From a candidate division FCPU426 bacterium (GTDB lineage Bacteria; Oederibacteriota; PGYV01; Palsa-1178), in the NCBI GenBank assembly GCA_963840035.1, contig CAWIXE010000001.1, positions 1,024,001-1,088,000 on the forward strand: a stretch of DNA of 64,000 nt. The letters are read 5' to 3'. The position numbers and the translations under genes are program-made. Below, piece by piece: positions 61,622-64,000 of this stretch. Positions within the stretch are counted from its first letter, which is position 1; every line of letters begins with the position of its first letter. Below the pieces are notes generated by a model. That model was not told where the DNA came from. It was given only the letters and a program-made list of their open reading frames with translations, and did no database searches.

Positions 61622-63223
61622 ATGGCTTCTGATAAGATTAAAGTAATTCTCATAGAGGACAATCCGTCTGATTCCTTGCTTATCAGGGAAAACCTGAGCC
61701 TGGAGGAACCCGGAGTTTTTTTGGTTACTATTTCCGAGCGTCTTGCCGACGGGATGAAGCTTATGGATAAAGAAGGCTACGATGTCGCCATGCTGGATCT
61801 GTGGCTTCCGGATTCGGCAGGCATTGAGACGCTTAAGCGTTTCAGGGACAAGTTCCCGGAAATGCCGGTAATAGTATTCACCGGCCTTGATAATAACGAG
61901 ACGTCGATCCAGGCGTTAAAGGCAGGCGCGCAGGATTATATAGTGAAAAGCCACATCGAAGGGGTGCTATTAACGCGATCCATCAGGTATGCCATAGAAA
62001 GAAAAAACATCAGGAAAGAACTTGATAAATCCAGGAACGACCTGGAAGGCATCATAGATAACGCGCCGCTTCTTATGTTTATAGTGGATAGCGGCATAAA
62101 AGTCCTTAAAGCAAATAAAACAGCAGAAAAGATTATAAAATTTCCGCGCGAAAAGATGGGCGGTATGGCCCTGGGAAAAGCCATACAGTGTGAAAACTGT
62201 TTTTCGGCGGAAATTGACTGTGGTAAAAGTGAAAAGTGCCGGACCTGCGGCGTCAGGCTTGTGATAAGCGAGGCTTTTAAAACCGGCGAGTCATACCACA
62301 GGATGGAAATAGAAAAAACCATAATTGCGGGGAATAAATCGGAAAAATCTGTTTTTTACATGTCTGTGGTGCCGCTTGAATTTGAAAACAAAAAGACCAT
62401 GCTGGTAAGCTTTGAGGATGTAACTTTGCGGAAGCGCGCCGAGAACGGCATGGAGGAGATTATCCACAAACTCCGAGACCTTGACGGCTTGAAATCAAAC
62501 TTTGTTTCCATGGTATCACACGAGCTGCGTACTCCCTTAACGTCAGTTAAAGGTTTCATTTCATTCCTGATAAACGGCGTGGCCGGGCCGGTTAATGAGC
62601 GCCAGGCTGAATACCTGCAGATAATAAGGGATAATTCGGACAGGCTCTTAAACCTCATAAACGACCTGCTGGATATTTCGAAGATGGAGTCAGGCACTTT
62701 CATGATTGAAAAACATTCATCGGACCTGGTTAAACTGCTGAAAAAAGTAATACGCGACCTCGGGCCCGCGGCCGATAAGATGAAAATACAATTTGAGGGC
62801 AATTTCAGCGGCCCGGTAATGACGGCGGACGTGGATGATTTCAGGATTGGGCAGGTTGCCAGCAACCTCATAAATAATGCCTTAAAGTTTTCATATGAAA
62901 ACGGAAAAATAACCGTAAGCGCCGAGGAAAAAAACGCGGGTGACATAAAAATGCCGGAATACGCCGGGGCTGCCATAAATGGAGCGCGCAGATATGCCGT
63001 TATCAGCGTTAAGGACGGCGGCAGGGGAATAGAAAAGGAACACCTGGCAAAGATTTTTGACAGGTTTTACCAGGTACATGGAATTGACCAGAAAGTTTTT
63101 AAGGGAATAGGCCTCGGGCTGAATATTTCAAAGAATATCGTGGAAGCCCACAACGGCGCTATCTGGGTGGAATCGGAAGGGAATAATAAAGGAACGGTAT
63201 TTAAGTTTATATTGCCTTTATAA
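61622..63223 (+). CDS. Hybrid kinase REC-PAS-HisKA-HATPase
   Basis: LIEDN…LDLWLPDS; SHELRTPL; NL..NA.KF; GIGLGL. Confidence 0.92.
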   Translation: MASDKIKVILIEDNPSDSLLIRENLSLEEPGVFLVTISERLADGMKLMDKEGYDVAMLDLWLPDSAGIETLKRFRDKFPEMPVIVFTGLDNNETSIQALKAGAQDYIVKSHIEGVLLTRSIRYAIERKNIRKELDKSRNDLEGIIDNAPLLMFIVDSGIKVLKANKTAEKIIKFPREKMGGMALGKAIQCENCFSAEIDCGKSEKCRTCGVRLVISEAFKTGESYHRMEIEKTIIAGNKSEKSVFYMSVVPLEFENKKTMLVSFEDVTLRKRAENGMEEIIHKLRDLDGLKSNFVSMVSHELRTPLTSVKGFISFLINGVAGPVNERQAEYLQIIRDNSDRLLNLINDLLDISKMESGTFMIEKHSSDLVKLLKKVIRDLGPAADKMKIQFEGNFSGPVMTADVDDFRIGQVASNLINNALKFSYENGKITVSAEEKNAGDIKMPEYAGAAINGARRYAVISVKDGGRGIEKEHLAKIFDRFYQVHGIDQKVFKGIGLGLNISKNIVEAHNGAIWVESEGNNKGTVFKFILPL

Positions 63224-63294
63224 AATGGTTAAAGTTGAACATTGTAAGTTGAAGGTTCTAACACAGAACAATGAACAATGAACAAAGGAGTCCT

Positions 63295-64000
63295 ATGCGC
63301 GAAGACGGTCTTATGCACTATCTGGACATCCCGGGTGTAATCGTGCTTTCCCTGGACAGAGAAGGAAATGTGACCTATATTAACGCGCGCGGCTGCAAAA
63401 TGCTGGGTTATACCCCTAAATATGTCATGGGGAAAAACTGGTTTGACAACTTTCTTCCTGAACAGGCTGGCAGGGAAGCAAAGAAATTTTATCTGATGGC
63501 CTTAAAATCCAAAAGAGACATACCGGCTGATTATGAGAATCCGATCCTGTGCAAGGACGGCAAAGAAGTCATAATCCTGTGGCATAATATTATTTTAAGA
63601 GACTCCCGCGGAAAACCAAGCGGAGGATTAAGTTCGGGAGTGGATATAACCGGAAGAAAAGACGCTGAAAGGGCCTTAAGCGCCAGATATAAATACGATA
63701 AGTTGCGGGCGGAAATATGGAAGGCGGCTTCGGATAAGACCATTGACCAGGATACTCTCATAAAGCGCATACTTAACGCGGCAGGGCCTGTAATGGGGGT
63801 TGACCGCGCCTGTTTTAATTCCGTGGATAGGGGCAAAATGACCTGCACGCTGGAGTGGAAGTTAAAATCCGTTAAATCATCACTTGGCGGAGGGGTACCT
63901 GTCGGCCTAGTAGAAAAATTCATATCAAATAAAACCATGGTTTACTCGGTAGAAAAAATGAAAAAGTCCATACCAAGTATTTTTTCACCCGTGACATCTC
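63295..64000 (+). CDS. PAS (+GAF-like) signalling protein, truncated by the window end
   Basis: ATG after AGGAG; LGY…GKNWFD.F…YENPI..KDG…WHN…SSGVDIT; open to the end. Confidence 0.85.
   Translation, partial: MREDGLMHYLDIPGVIVLSLDREGNVTYINARGCKMLGYTPKYVMGKNWFDNFLPEQAGREAKKFYLMALKSKRDIPADYENPILCKDGKEVIILWHNIILRDSRGKPSGGLSSGVDITGRKDAERALSARYKYDKLRAEIWKAASDKTIDQDTLIKRILNAAGPVMGVDRACFNSVDRGKMTCTLEWKLKSVKSSLGGGVPVGLVEKFISNKTMVYSVEKMKKSIPSIFSPVTS

Overview
This window looks like chromosomal DNA from a diderm bacterium, since it encodes an outer-membrane phospholipase A. Giant secreted glycan-active proteins with Thr/Pro linkers suggest a Ca. Goldiibacteriota/FCPU426-like lineage, but that is inference only. 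Housekeeping content: secD-secF, dnaK-groES-groEL-dnaJ behind a consensus sigma54 promoter, a GldA/F/G-like ABC system with DUF4340 and degP, htpX, rsmB, tRNA-Leu(CAG), ribD-ribE-yaaR-ribBA, and a multi-PAS two-component cluster. Main signals: (1) four large secreted proteins (one clan GH-A hydrolase, two GH8 paralogues, one apparently non-catalytic protein) share a Thr-rich stalk and a T9SS-CTD/FlgD-like C-terminus; in three of them carbohydrate-binding modules sit INSIDE DUF11 domains, and in the fourth inside the catalytic barrel. (2) Many intergenic spaces are filled by hairpins built from 7-nt (once 9-nt) tandem repeats of different sequences but one shared architecture. (3) There are at least six GTAG-type REP families, two copies of which carry a nested 31-39 bp hairpin insertion. 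(4) A synonymously recoded orphan copy of the ribE 3' end lies between two REPs. (5) A possibly vestigial Nuo/Mrp-like membrane gene string follows secDF. At least five single-base frameshifts are present and are probably assembly errors. No CRISPR array, integrase or transposase was seen. All domain calls come from motifs read by eye; no database searches were run.
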